The notes beneath the pieces are model-generated. The model did no database searches. It was not told where the DNA came from and worked only from the letters and a program-made list of their open reading frames with translations. The translations under genes and the position numbers were made by a program. Positions 29,061 through 36,839 of a stretch of DNA of 64,000 nt are shown one piece after another (position 1 is the first letter of the stretch; every line of letters begins with the position of its first letter). Source of the DNA: an uncultured delta proteobacterium. Lineage in GTDB: Bacteria > Myxococcota_A > Polyangia > Polyangiales > JAFGIB01. The stretch spans positions 256,001-320,000 of the forward strand of contig CAVZVA010000011.1 of assembly GCA_963778655.1 (NCBI GenBank). The letters run 5' to 3'.

Positions 29061-29885
29061 GTGGCGGTGGTGACGCGTCAGTGCGCCATTGCAGCGTGCC
29101 TGCTGCTCGCGAGCGGGTGCTGGGTCACCAACACCGAGGGGGACAAGATCCGCTCCGAGGCGCAGGCGCGCGACCTGCGCATCCAGCAGCTCGAAACCGA
29201 AAGCCAGCAGCACCGCGAAGAGATCGACGGGAAGATCAAAGAGTTGCAGGGCCTGATCGATCGCGCGACGCAGGTGCTCGAGCGGGGCAGCGCGGACGTG
29301 GGCGCGCAGGTCGAGCAGCTACGCGACCAGCTCGCCACCGCGGAAGGCAAGCTGGCCGAGCTGCAACACCGGCAGGACATGACCGATCAGCAGCTCGCCT
29401 CACAGCGCGCAGATCTCGACCAAGCGATGGCGAAATCCGGCGGCGGCCGTGGCGCCGAGGCGATCGACCCCTCGCAGGTGCCGGCCGACAAGGCGGCCCA
29501 CTTCCAGGCCGCGCTCAGCGCCTACCAGAGCGGCGACTACGAAAAGGCGCGCGGGCTGTGGCGCGAGTACCTCAAGCGATATCCCAGCGACGCCAAGGCC
29601 GGCGACGCCCAGTATTGGATCGGCGCCAGTTACACCCAACAGAACAAGCCCGCCACGGCGCTCGGCGAGTACCGCAAGGTGATCGCGAGCTACGGCAAGA
29701 GCAATGCGGTCAACGTGGCGCTGTACGGCATGTGCGACGCGTTCTACCAGCTGCACGCCTGCACCGACGCCAAAGCGGCCGCCGACGCGCTGCTCAAGCG
29801 CAAGCCCGACGCCGCGCTCAAGTCGCGCATCACCAAGCTGCGCACGCAGATCGTCAAGTCGCCCAAGGGCTACTGCACGAGCTGA
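29061..29885 (+). CDS. CpoB/YbgF-like coiled-coil + TPR lipoprotein
   Basis: Lipobox ASGC, coiled coil, YLKRYP...AGDAQYWIG; directly downstream of the Pal-like gene. Start uncertain by a few codons. Confidence 0.85.
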   Translation: MAVVTRQCAIAACLLLASGCWVTNTEGDKIRSEAQARDLRIQQLETESQQHREEIDGKIKELQGLIDRATQVLERGSADVGAQVEQLRDQLATAEGKLAELQHRQDMTDQQLASQRADLDQAMAKSGGGRGAEAIDPSQVPADKAAHFQAALSAYQSGDYEKARGLWREYLKRYPSDAKAGDAQYWIGASYTQQNKPATALGEYRKVIASYGKSNAVNVALYGMCDAFYQLHACTDAKAAADALLKRKPDAALKSRITKLRTQIVKSPKGYCTS

Positions 29886-29913
29886 GCGCGGGCCAGCCGG
29901 CGTCAGCTCAGGC

Positions 29914-30330
29914 TCAAAGCCCGTACAGCATCGCGTACACCATTACGCCGGTGACCGAGACGTAGGCCCAGATCGGGAGCGTGATGCGGGCGATCCGTTT
30001 GTGCGTGCGGTAGCGCGCGCGCAAGCCGAAAGTGAGCGTGGTGATCACCAGCGGCGCGGTGGCCAGGGCGAGCAGGACGTGGCTGGCGAGCAAGCTCAAG
30101 TAGAAGATCCGCAGCGCGCCGCCGCGCGCAAAGTGCGCGTCGCCGAACAGCGCGATGCGCGTGAGGTAGACGGTCAGGAATGCGCACGACGAGGCGAACG
30201 CCGACAGCATCAGGCGCCGGTGGCGCTGGCGGCGGCCCGCCTTGATCGCGACGAAGCCGAGCGTCATCAGCGTCGCGGCGGTGGCGTTGAACAGCGCGCA
30301 CAGGGTGCCGAGCGAGAAGCTGCTGATCAC
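29914..30330 (-). CDS. DUF420 family membrane protein (CtaM-like)
   Basis: HRRLML, FLTVYL, LASHVLLA, HKRIARITLPIWAYVSVTGVMVY. Confidence 0.9.
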   Translation of the reverse strand: MISSFSLGTLCALFNATAATLMTLGFVAIKAGRRQRHRRLMLSAFASSCAFLTVYLTRIALFGDAHFARGGALRIFYLSLLASHVLLALATAPLVITTLTFGLRARYRTHKRIARITLPIWAYVSVTGVMVYAMLYGL

Positions 30331-30923
30331 GACCGGCCCTTGGGATCGCTCTTCTCCGCCAGCACGATGCGCGCGTCACGCTCCAGCTTCAGCATGCCGT
30401 CCTGATCGCTGCGGTAATAGCCGCGGATGTACAGCGCGCGGTCGACCAGCACGAAGTGGCTGCCGTGCAGGATGGTCTGGCCCGCACCCGGCGGGGCCGC
30501 CTGAACCGCCTGTTTGAAGCCGCCCACCACCACCTGCTTGACCGAGTCGAGCGGCCCGGTGAGGAAGCGCCAGTCGGGCTGGTCGGCGTCGTGCGCGCGG
30601 GCGTAGTGCTTGAGCGCGGCCGGCGTGTCGTGCTCGGGGTCGACCGAGAACGAGACGAAGCGCACCTTGCCGCGCTCGGGCGCGAGCCGGGTGCGCAGCG
30701 CCGACATCTTGGAGGTCAGCAGCGGGCAGATGTCCTTGCAGCTGGTGAACATGAAGTTGGCGATCCAGACGCTGCCCTTCCAGCTCTCGCGTCGCATCGT
30801 GTGGGCGTTCTGATCGCGCAGCTCGAACTCGGGAACCCGCGCGATACGCGGCAGCGGGGGCGGGTGCACGCACCCGCTGAGGGTTGCGACCACGGCCACG
30901 GCTGCGAGCAACCCGCGGGTCAA
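30327..30923 (-). CDS. SCO family copper chaperone lipoprotein
   Basis: FTSCKDICP (CxxxC), SVDPEHDTP, HGSHFVLVD; TTG start with GGAGG RBS. Confidence 0.92.
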   Translation of the reverse strand: MTRGLLAAVAVVATLSGCVHPPPLPRIARVPEFELRDQNAHTMRRESWKGSVWIANFMFTSCKDICPLLTSKMSALRTRLAPERGKVRFVSFSVDPEHDTPAALKHYARAHDADQPDWRFLTGPLDSVKQVVVGGFKQAVQAAPPGAGQTILHGSHFVLVDRALYIRGYYRSDQDGMLKLERDARIVLAEKSDPKGRS

Positions 30924-30925
30924 GC

Positions 30926-31768
30926 TTACCTCCGCCGGTAGCAGATGCGGATCGACCAGCCCGCGGCGAGCAGGCAGAAGCCGATCAGCACCGCCAGCTC
31001 GAGCGCACCGCTGTGCACGACCGTGGTGCCTTCGGGCAGCACGCCGCCGTAGAGCGCGCGGCGCACGGCACTGACCGAATAGCTCATCGGATTGCAGCGC
31101 TGCACCCAGGCGATCCAGCCCGCGTTCGGCGCCGGGAACATCGCGCCCGAGAGGATCCACATCGGCAACAGCACGAGGCTCATCACCACGTGGTAGCCGG
31201 CCGTGGAATCGAGCCACCACGCCACCGCAAAGCCCATCGCGCACAGCCCAAAGCAGCTCAGCGCGAGCGCCGAAAGCAACAAGGGCCACTCGATGGTCGC
31301 GACGTGAAAGCCGGTCGCCGGCGCCAGCAACGCGAACAGAAAGCTCTGCGCGAAGGCCACGGTCGTCGCGCCCAGGCACTTGCCCAGCACCACCGAGGCG
31401 CGCGAGCCGGGCGCGACCAGCACCGCCTGCAAGAAGCCGCTGTGGCGATCCTCGATCACGGTCATGGTGGTGAAGATCGCGCTGAACAGCACCACCATCA
31501 CCACCACGCCCGGGTAGAAGTACTCCAGGTAGCCCACGCCACGCGCCCCCGGCAGCACGAACGTGCTCGACATCCCGCTGCCGATCACCAGCCAGAAGAT
31601 CAGCGGCTGCAACAGCGCGCCCACCACCCGGCTCTTCTCGCGCACGAAGCGCGTGGTGTCGCGGCGGACCAGCACCGAAATGGTGGAGAGCTCCTCGGCC
31701 AGCCGGGAGCGGGGCAGCGCTGGGGCCGCCGGCAGGGCTTCACTCCGGGTCTTCAAGACTTCTGTCAT
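30926..31768 (-). CDS. ABC-2 type transporter permease
   Basis: YLEYFYPG, DRHSGFLQAVLVAP, LSGAMFP, NPMSY. Confidence 0.9.
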   Translation of the reverse strand: MTEVLKTRSEALPAAPALPRSRLAEELSTISVLVRRDTTRFVREKSRVVGALLQPLIFWLVIGSGMSSTFVLPGARGVGYLEYFYPGVVVMVVLFSAIFTTMTVIEDRHSGFLQAVLVAPGSRASVVLGKCLGATTVAFAQSFLFALLAPATGFHVATIEWPLLLSALALSCFGLCAMGFAVAWWLDSTAGYHVVMSLVLLPMWILSGAMFPAPNAGWIAWVQRCNPMSYSVSAVRRALYGGVLPEGTTVVHSGALELAVLIGFCLLAAGWSIRICYRRR

Positions 31769-31781
31769 TTCTGCCCTGTTG

Positions 31782-31819
31782 CCGGGAGGGTCACGCAACC
31801 CCGCGAGGCCGCTTCGCTC
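31782..31819 (-). repeat. Multi-hairpin repeat family 2, copy 4 (short)
   Basis: Minus strand gagcgaagcggcctcgcgggg-ttgcgtga-ccctcccgg carries both the start and end motifs of copies 1 and 2. Confidence 0.55.
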
Positions 31820-31826
31820 CGCTTGT

Positions 31827-32849
31827 TCATGACTTCTGATCTATCGTCGGCTCGCCCTCGTCGCGCAGGGAGCGGCCGGTGAGCTTGACGAAGACGTCGG
31901 CCAAGGTCGGGCGGTGCATCGACAGCGAGTCGATGCGGCCGACCGGCAGCGCCTCGACCAGGCGCGGGATCAGCTCGTGGCCGCGCTCGCGCTCCAGCAC
32001 CACCTTGCCCTCGACCACGACGCAGCCGATCTCGAAGCGTTCGGCGAGCTCCGCGCACAGGTCTTCGGGATCCTTGGCCTCGATCGTGAGCACGTCGCCC
32101 GAGACTTGCCGGCGCAGCGCCTCCGGGCGATCCTCGGCGATCACGCGCCCCGCGTCCACCACCGCCACCCGATCGCAGCGCTCGGCCTCCTCGGCGCGGT
32201 GGGTGGTGAGCAGCACGGTCAGACCGCGCGACTCGCGCAGGCTCTCGATGCGCTCCCAGGTCTGGCGAAAGAAGCGTTCGTCGAGCCCGGTGGTCGGCTC
32301 GTCCATCACCAGCAGCGCCGGCTCGTGCAGCAGCGCGCGCGCCAGCTCGAGGCGGCGCTTCATGCCGCCTGAGAAATCGTTCACCAAGTCCCCAGCACGA
32401 TCGGCCAGCACGGTGAACTGCAGCAGCTCCTCGATGCGCGCATCCGCCTGCTCGGCCGTGAGCCCGTACAGCGCGGCGCTCAGGCGCAGGTTCTCGCGCG
32501 CAGTCAGGCGCGGGTCGAGGCTCGGCGCCTGGAACACCACGCCCATGTGCCGGCGCAGGCGGCGGCCGCCGGGCGCGACCTGCTCGCCGTCGAGCATGAC
32601 CTCGCCGGCCTGCGGTACGAGCAACCCGGTCAGCACCCGCAGGGTGGTCGACTTGCCGCTGCCATTGGGGCCGAGCAGACCGAAGATCTCGCCGCGCCGC
32701 ACGCCGAACGAAAGCCCGTCCAGCACGCGACGCTCGCCGAAGCTGTGGCGCAGCCCGCGCAGCTCGACCTTCAGGCTGGGGGCCGCGCCGGCCGTGGCGC
32801 GCGCGGCACCGAGCGGGACCGCCTCCGCTGCGTGCACCGGCGCGCTCAT
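31827..32849 (-). CDS. ABC transporter ATP-binding protein (DrrA-like)
   Basis: GPNGSGKST, FSGGM, MDEPT, TTH. Confidence 0.93.
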   Translation of the reverse strand: MSAPVHAAEAVPLGAARATAGAAPSLKVELRGLRHSFGERRVLDGLSFGVRRGEIFGLLGPNGSGKSTTLRVLTGLLVPQAGEVMLDGEQVAPGGRRLRRHMGVVFQAPSLDPRLTARENLRLSAALYGLTAEQADARIEELLQFTVLADRAGDLVNDFSGGMKRRLELARALLHEPALLVMDEPTTGLDERFFRQTWERIESLRESRGLTVLLTTHRAEEAERCDRVAVVDAGRVIAEDRPEALRRQVSGDVLTIEAKDPEDLCAELAERFEIGCVVVEGKVVLERERGHELIPRLVEALPVGRIDSLSMHRPTLADVFVKLTGRSLRDEGEPTIDQKS

Positions 32850-32919
32850 CCCGGGGCCCCGCTCGCGGGTCCTGGCCTCGCGCCGGCAGCCCGGCATCCC
32901 GGAGTTGGGCTGGGAGGCT

Positions 32920-33813
32920 TCATCCCGCCGCCCGATCGAGCAGCAGCACGCACAGCAGCAGCGGCAGGTACAGCAGCGAGGTGAAAAACACGCGGCGGCC
33001 CCAGCGCTCGACCGTTTCGGCCGGACGCACCAGCGCCAGCAGCGTGGTGCCGAGGTAGGCGCCGCCGAGCAGCAGCGCGGCGAGCAAATACAGGCTGCCG
33101 CCCAGACGCAGCGGAACCAGCAGCAGGCTCTCGGCGAGCAGCAGCCCCGCCCACACCATGGCATGGAGCTGCGCCGCGCGCGGCCCCTGCACCAGCGGCA
33201 GCACGCGGATGCCCGCCTTGGCGTATTCGTGGCGGCGGTAGATCGACAGGCCGATCACGTGCGGCATCTGCCATAGAAACACGATGCCGAAGAGCGCCAG
33301 CCCGCCGAGCTCGATCCGCCCCGTGACCGCCGTCCAGCCCATCAGCGGCGGCAGCGCGCCGGGTACCGCCCCGACCACCATCGCGTGCGGGCTCTTGAAC
33401 TTGAGCGGCGTGTACACCCAGACGTAGCTGCCGAGCGCGAGCGCCCCGAGCAGCCCGGTGGCGGGATTACCCGCGAGCGTGAGCAGTGGCAGCGCGATCA
33501 CTGCGAGCACGGCCGCGAAGGCGACGCCGAGCTGGGGCTCCAGCCGGCGCGCCGGCAGCGGGCGCTGGCAGGTGCGTTGCATGAAGGCGTCGGTGTCGCG
33601 CTCCAGCCAGCAGTTGAGCGCATTGGCGGCGCCGACCAGCAGCGCGGTGGTCGCCAGCATCGCGAGCGCCCTGGGCAGCGCGATCGACCCGGGCGCGATG
33701 CCCATGCCGACCGCCGCGGTGGCCAGGACCAAGCCGGCGACGCGCGGCTTGGTGAGGGCGACCAGGTCGAGCAACAGCGGCCGGAGCCGCGGTGTGGCTG
33801 CTGCGGTGTTCAT
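32920..33813 (-). CDS. cyoE: Protoheme IX farnesyltransferase (heme O synthase)
   Basis: LTKPR, ERDTDAFMQRTCQRPLP, YTPLK, PGALPPLMGW, WQMPH. Confidence 0.94.
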   Translation of the reverse strand: MNTAAATPRLRPLLLDLVALTKPRVAGLVLATAAVGMGIAPGSIALPRALAMLATTALLVGAANALNCWLERDTDAFMQRTCQRPLPARRLEPQLGVAFAAVLAVIALPLLTLAGNPATGLLGALALGSYVWVYTPLKFKSPHAMVVGAVPGALPPLMGWTAVTGRIELGGLALFGIVFLWQMPHVIGLSIYRRHEYAKAGIRVLPLVQGPRAAQLHAMVWAGLLLAESLLLVPLRLGGSLYLLAALLLGGAYLGTTLLALVRPAETVERWGRRVFFTSLLYLPLLLCVLLLDRAAG

Positions 33814-33996
33814 GGCTTGACGGGGCAGCGGCCTGGAACCTGGGGCCGCGCCTGGGAGCCCTAGGGCCGCCTCAGCGCGCGCCGCAAGTCGGGACGGCGA
33901 GCGCTTCGTCTCGGGGGCGCATCTACCCGCAAATCGCCGCCGAGGTCAAGCCGAACGAAGGCCTTGACTGAACACAAAGCCAGCGCCCGGCAGCAT

Positions 33997-35097
33997 TCAG
34001 CCGGAGAGCAGTCGGCCGAGCCAGACCCCGAGCAGCAGCAGCAGCAGGGCGACGCCGGCGCCGATGGCGATCAGCGGTCCCCGGCTGACCGGTACCTCGG
34101 GCGGATCGGCCTCGGTGGCGATGGCCCGCGAGGCAATCGGCTGCGCGGCTGCGGCCGAAGGCCGGCGGCTGCGCGCCGGCGCCGGGTCCGACGGCAGCGC
34201 GCGTCGCGCGGCGGTGCTGGCCAGCGGATTGGTCAGGCAGCGGCGCAGCGCCTGGGCCAGCTCGATCGCGGTCTCGAAGCGATCCTCGGGGCGTTTGGCC
34301 ATGGCCTTCTGCAACGCGGCCTCCAGGTCGCGCGAAAAGCGCTTGCCCGGAACGCGCCGGTTGAGCGGGATCGGCGCCTCGTGCACGTGGGCGCGCATGA
34401 TGTCGACCGGCTTGACTGCGTCGAAGGGCAGCTTGCCGGTCAGCAGCTCGTACAGGATCAGGCCGAGCGAGTAGATGTCGCTGCGGCGGTCGAGCGTCTC
34501 GCCCTGGGTCTGTTCGGGGCTCATGAACTCGGGCGTCCCGAACACCATGCCCTGCTGCGTGAGCATCATCGAGCCGCGTCCCATCTGCTTCTCGCTGACC
34601 TTGGCCAGCCCGAAGTCGAGCACCTTGGGGAAGTCCGCGGTGCCGGCCTGGTTGGTGAGGAAGATGTTCTCCGGCTTGAGATCGCGATGGATGATGCCGG
34701 CACGGTGCGCCTCGTCGAGCGCGCCGCAGACCTGGATCATGATGTTGATCGCACGATCGGGGTCCATCGCGCCTTCGGCCCGGACCACATGGGCCAGGTT
34801 CTTGCCCTCCATGTAATCCATGACGAAGTAGGCCGCGCCATCTGTGAGCTGGCCGAACTTGTACACGCGCGCGGTATTGGGGTGAGAGAGCTGGCTCATC
34901 GCACGCGCCTCGCGGCGGAAGCGCGAGACCAGGTCCTCGCGGCTGGCGTAGCGAGGGTGCAGCACCTTGATCGCCACCAGCCGGTTCATGCTGGGCTGCT
35001 CCGCCTTGTAGACGGAGCCCATCCCACCGACGCCGATGCGCTCGATGATGCGGTATTCGCCGTTGTCGACCGCGGCGCCGATCAGGGGGTCGCTCAC
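33997..35097 (-). CDS. Ser/Thr protein kinase with C-terminal membrane anchor
   Basis: GVGGMG, HRDLKPEN, DFGLAK, GTPEFMSPE; C-terminal hydrophobic helix. Confidence 0.93.
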   Translation of the reverse strand: MSDPLIGAAVDNGEYRIIERIGVGGMGSVYKAEQPSMNRLVAIKVLHPRYASREDLVSRFRREARAMSQLSHPNTARVYKFGQLTDGAAYFVMDYMEGKNLAHVVRAEGAMDPDRAINIMIQVCGALDEAHRAGIIHRDLKPENIFLTNQAGTADFPKVLDFGLAKVSEKQMGRGSMMLTQQGMVFGTPEFMSPEQTQGETLDRRSDIYSLGLILYELLTGKLPFDAVKPVDIMRAHVHEAPIPLNRRVPGKRFSRDLEAALQKAMAKRPEDRFETAIELAQALRRCLTNPLASTAARRALPSDPAPARSRRPSAAAAQPIASRAIATEADPPEVPVSRGPLIAIGAGVALLLLLLGVWLGRLLSG

Positions 35098-35207
35098 GGC
35101 CGGAGATGGTACCAGAAGGCGGAGGATTGTAGCGAGCCGAGCCTGCTCGAGCCGGGCCGAAGCGGAAGGGTCGCGTGGCCCTCCGCGTCGGTGTAGCGTC
35201 GGCCGCG

Positions 35208-36347
35208 ATGGCGGCACGGCCCTACCCGTACGCGAGCTGGCCGCGGGTCGACGGCGCGGACGCGCGGCTGCTGCGCGCGTTGCTGCGCGGCGTGCCCGCG
35301 GCTGGCGCGCTGCAGCGGGCGCAGGCCGAGGCCGAGACGCTCCTGGGCGTGGCGCTGCGGCTGGGCGCAGGCGGCGCCGAGCTGATCGACGCGGCCGAGC
35401 TCGCGCCGGCAGCGCCGTGGCTCGCGCTGTGGCTCGAGCACGCGGAGGGCGCGCGCCCGTTGTCGTGGCTGTGCGAGCTGCCACCCGAGCTGGGGGCTGT
35501 GCTGGTGGACCGCGTGCTCGGCGGCGACGGCGGCGTCGCGCACCCGCTCGGCCAGGGGCTCGACGAGCTTTCGGGCGGCGTGCTCGCGTACCTGGCGGCG
35601 CGGCTGCTGGCGGCCGCCGACGCGGGCCTGCGCGTGCGCGCGGTGCTGGACGAACCGGCGCGCGCGGCCGAGCTGCTCGGCGGCGGGCGCGTGCTGTCGT
35701 GGTCCTTCGAGCTCTCGCTGGGCGCAACACGTGCCGGCCGCCTGCGTCTGCTCGCGCCCGAAGCGAGCGCGCGGGCGCTGGCCGACCGGCTGCCTGCACC
35801 GGCCACCGGACGCGTGCCGGCGCAGCTGCGCGGCGTGCCGGTCGCGCTGTGCGCATGCTTCGCGCACACCCAACTGCGACGCGGTGAGCTCGCGGCGCTG
35901 CGCCCGGGCGACGTGGTGCTGCCGGAGCGCTGCCGCCTCGAGCGCGGCGCTGACGGGTTTGTGGGCGAGGCCATGCTGCACGTGGCAGGCGCCGCTCGCG
36001 GCGCGCGCTTTCGCTGCCGCGCGCGGGGCGCCCAGCTGGTGCTCGAAACGCTCGGCCAGGACGGGGAGGCTCAGATGACGGAAGGCAAACGGATCCAAAC
36101 CCAGGAAATGGAGAGCAGCGGGGAGGCGCTCGCCGCGGACGCGCCGGTCGAGCTGTGCTTGGCGCTGGCGCGCTTCACCCTACAGCTGGGCGAGCTGTCG
36201 CAGCTGCGCCCGGGCGAAGTGCTGAGCACCGGCCGCGCGATCGGCGAACAAGCCTTGCTTTGCGCCGGCGCGCGCGTGCTCGCCCGCGGCGAGCTGGTCG
36301 ACGTCGATGGCGAGATCGGCCTGCGCATCACCACGCTGGAACGCTGA
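35208..36347 (+). CDS. SctQ/FliM-FliN family cytoplasmic-ring protein (two SpoA domains)
   Basis: ELAALRPGDVV and LGELSQLRPGEVL...ARGELVDVDGEIGLRIT. Confidence 0.88.
   Translation: MAARPYPYASWPRVDGADARLLRALLRGVPAAGALQRAQAEAETLLGVALRLGAGGAELIDAAELAPAAPWLALWLEHAEGARPLSWLCELPPELGAVLVDRVLGGDGGVAHPLGQGLDELSGGVLAYLAARLLAAADAGLRVRAVLDEPARAAELLGGGRVLSWSFELSLGATRAGRLRLLAPEASARALADRLPAPATGRVPAQLRGVPVALCACFAHTQLRRGELAALRPGDVVLPERCRLERGADGFVGEAMLHVAGAARGARFRCRARGAQLVLETLGQDGEAQMTEGKRIQTQEMESSGEALAADAPVELCLALARFTLQLGELSQLRPGEVLSTGRAIGEQALLCAGARVLARGELVDVDGEIGLRITTLER
36063..36077 (+). promoter_or_regulatory. Internal RBS + in-frame ATG in the sctQ-like gene
   Basis: GGGGAGG-ctcag-ATG(36075), in frame, just ahead of the second SpoA domain. 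Confidence 0.6.
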
Positions 36348-36839
36348 GACCAGCTCATCAGCCCGCCGCGCGGTCGCGATCGCCCGCGCAGTCACCTAAC
36401 ACTGCTGTTCCCAATCTCTACGAGGCTCGATGGATTGCTACACGATTTCGGTCGCCTACAAACAGTATGTAAGGCTCCTGGTGCCTCCATCGTGACCCGG
36501 AATCCGTTGGACGAAATCCTCGACAAATCCAGGCGATTCTCGACGCAGACATGGACCGATCTGCATCCGATTGATTCCCCGAATTGGGCCCCGCATCTCC
36601 ACCTCAACCCATTCGGTGACGAGGCACATAGCCTCTACGTGAGCTTCCATACAACCAACCTAGCTAGGGTGACATCGGTCGACCCCTCCAACGAGGTCCT
36701 CGGCTATCGGCTCCTCATCGAGGTCATCTGGCGCCCGTGAGTCCGGGGCCTAGATGTAAGGGACGGGAAGAACAAGGGACCCTGACACACGGCCGTCGAG
36801 CTATCCGGTGGCGTAGCCGCCAAGCGAGACGATGGCGAC

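Noticed and set aside
36435..36740. 101-aa ORF at the island's left edge
   Set aside because: TTG start, no RBS and no recognisable motif; cannot be supported as a gene.
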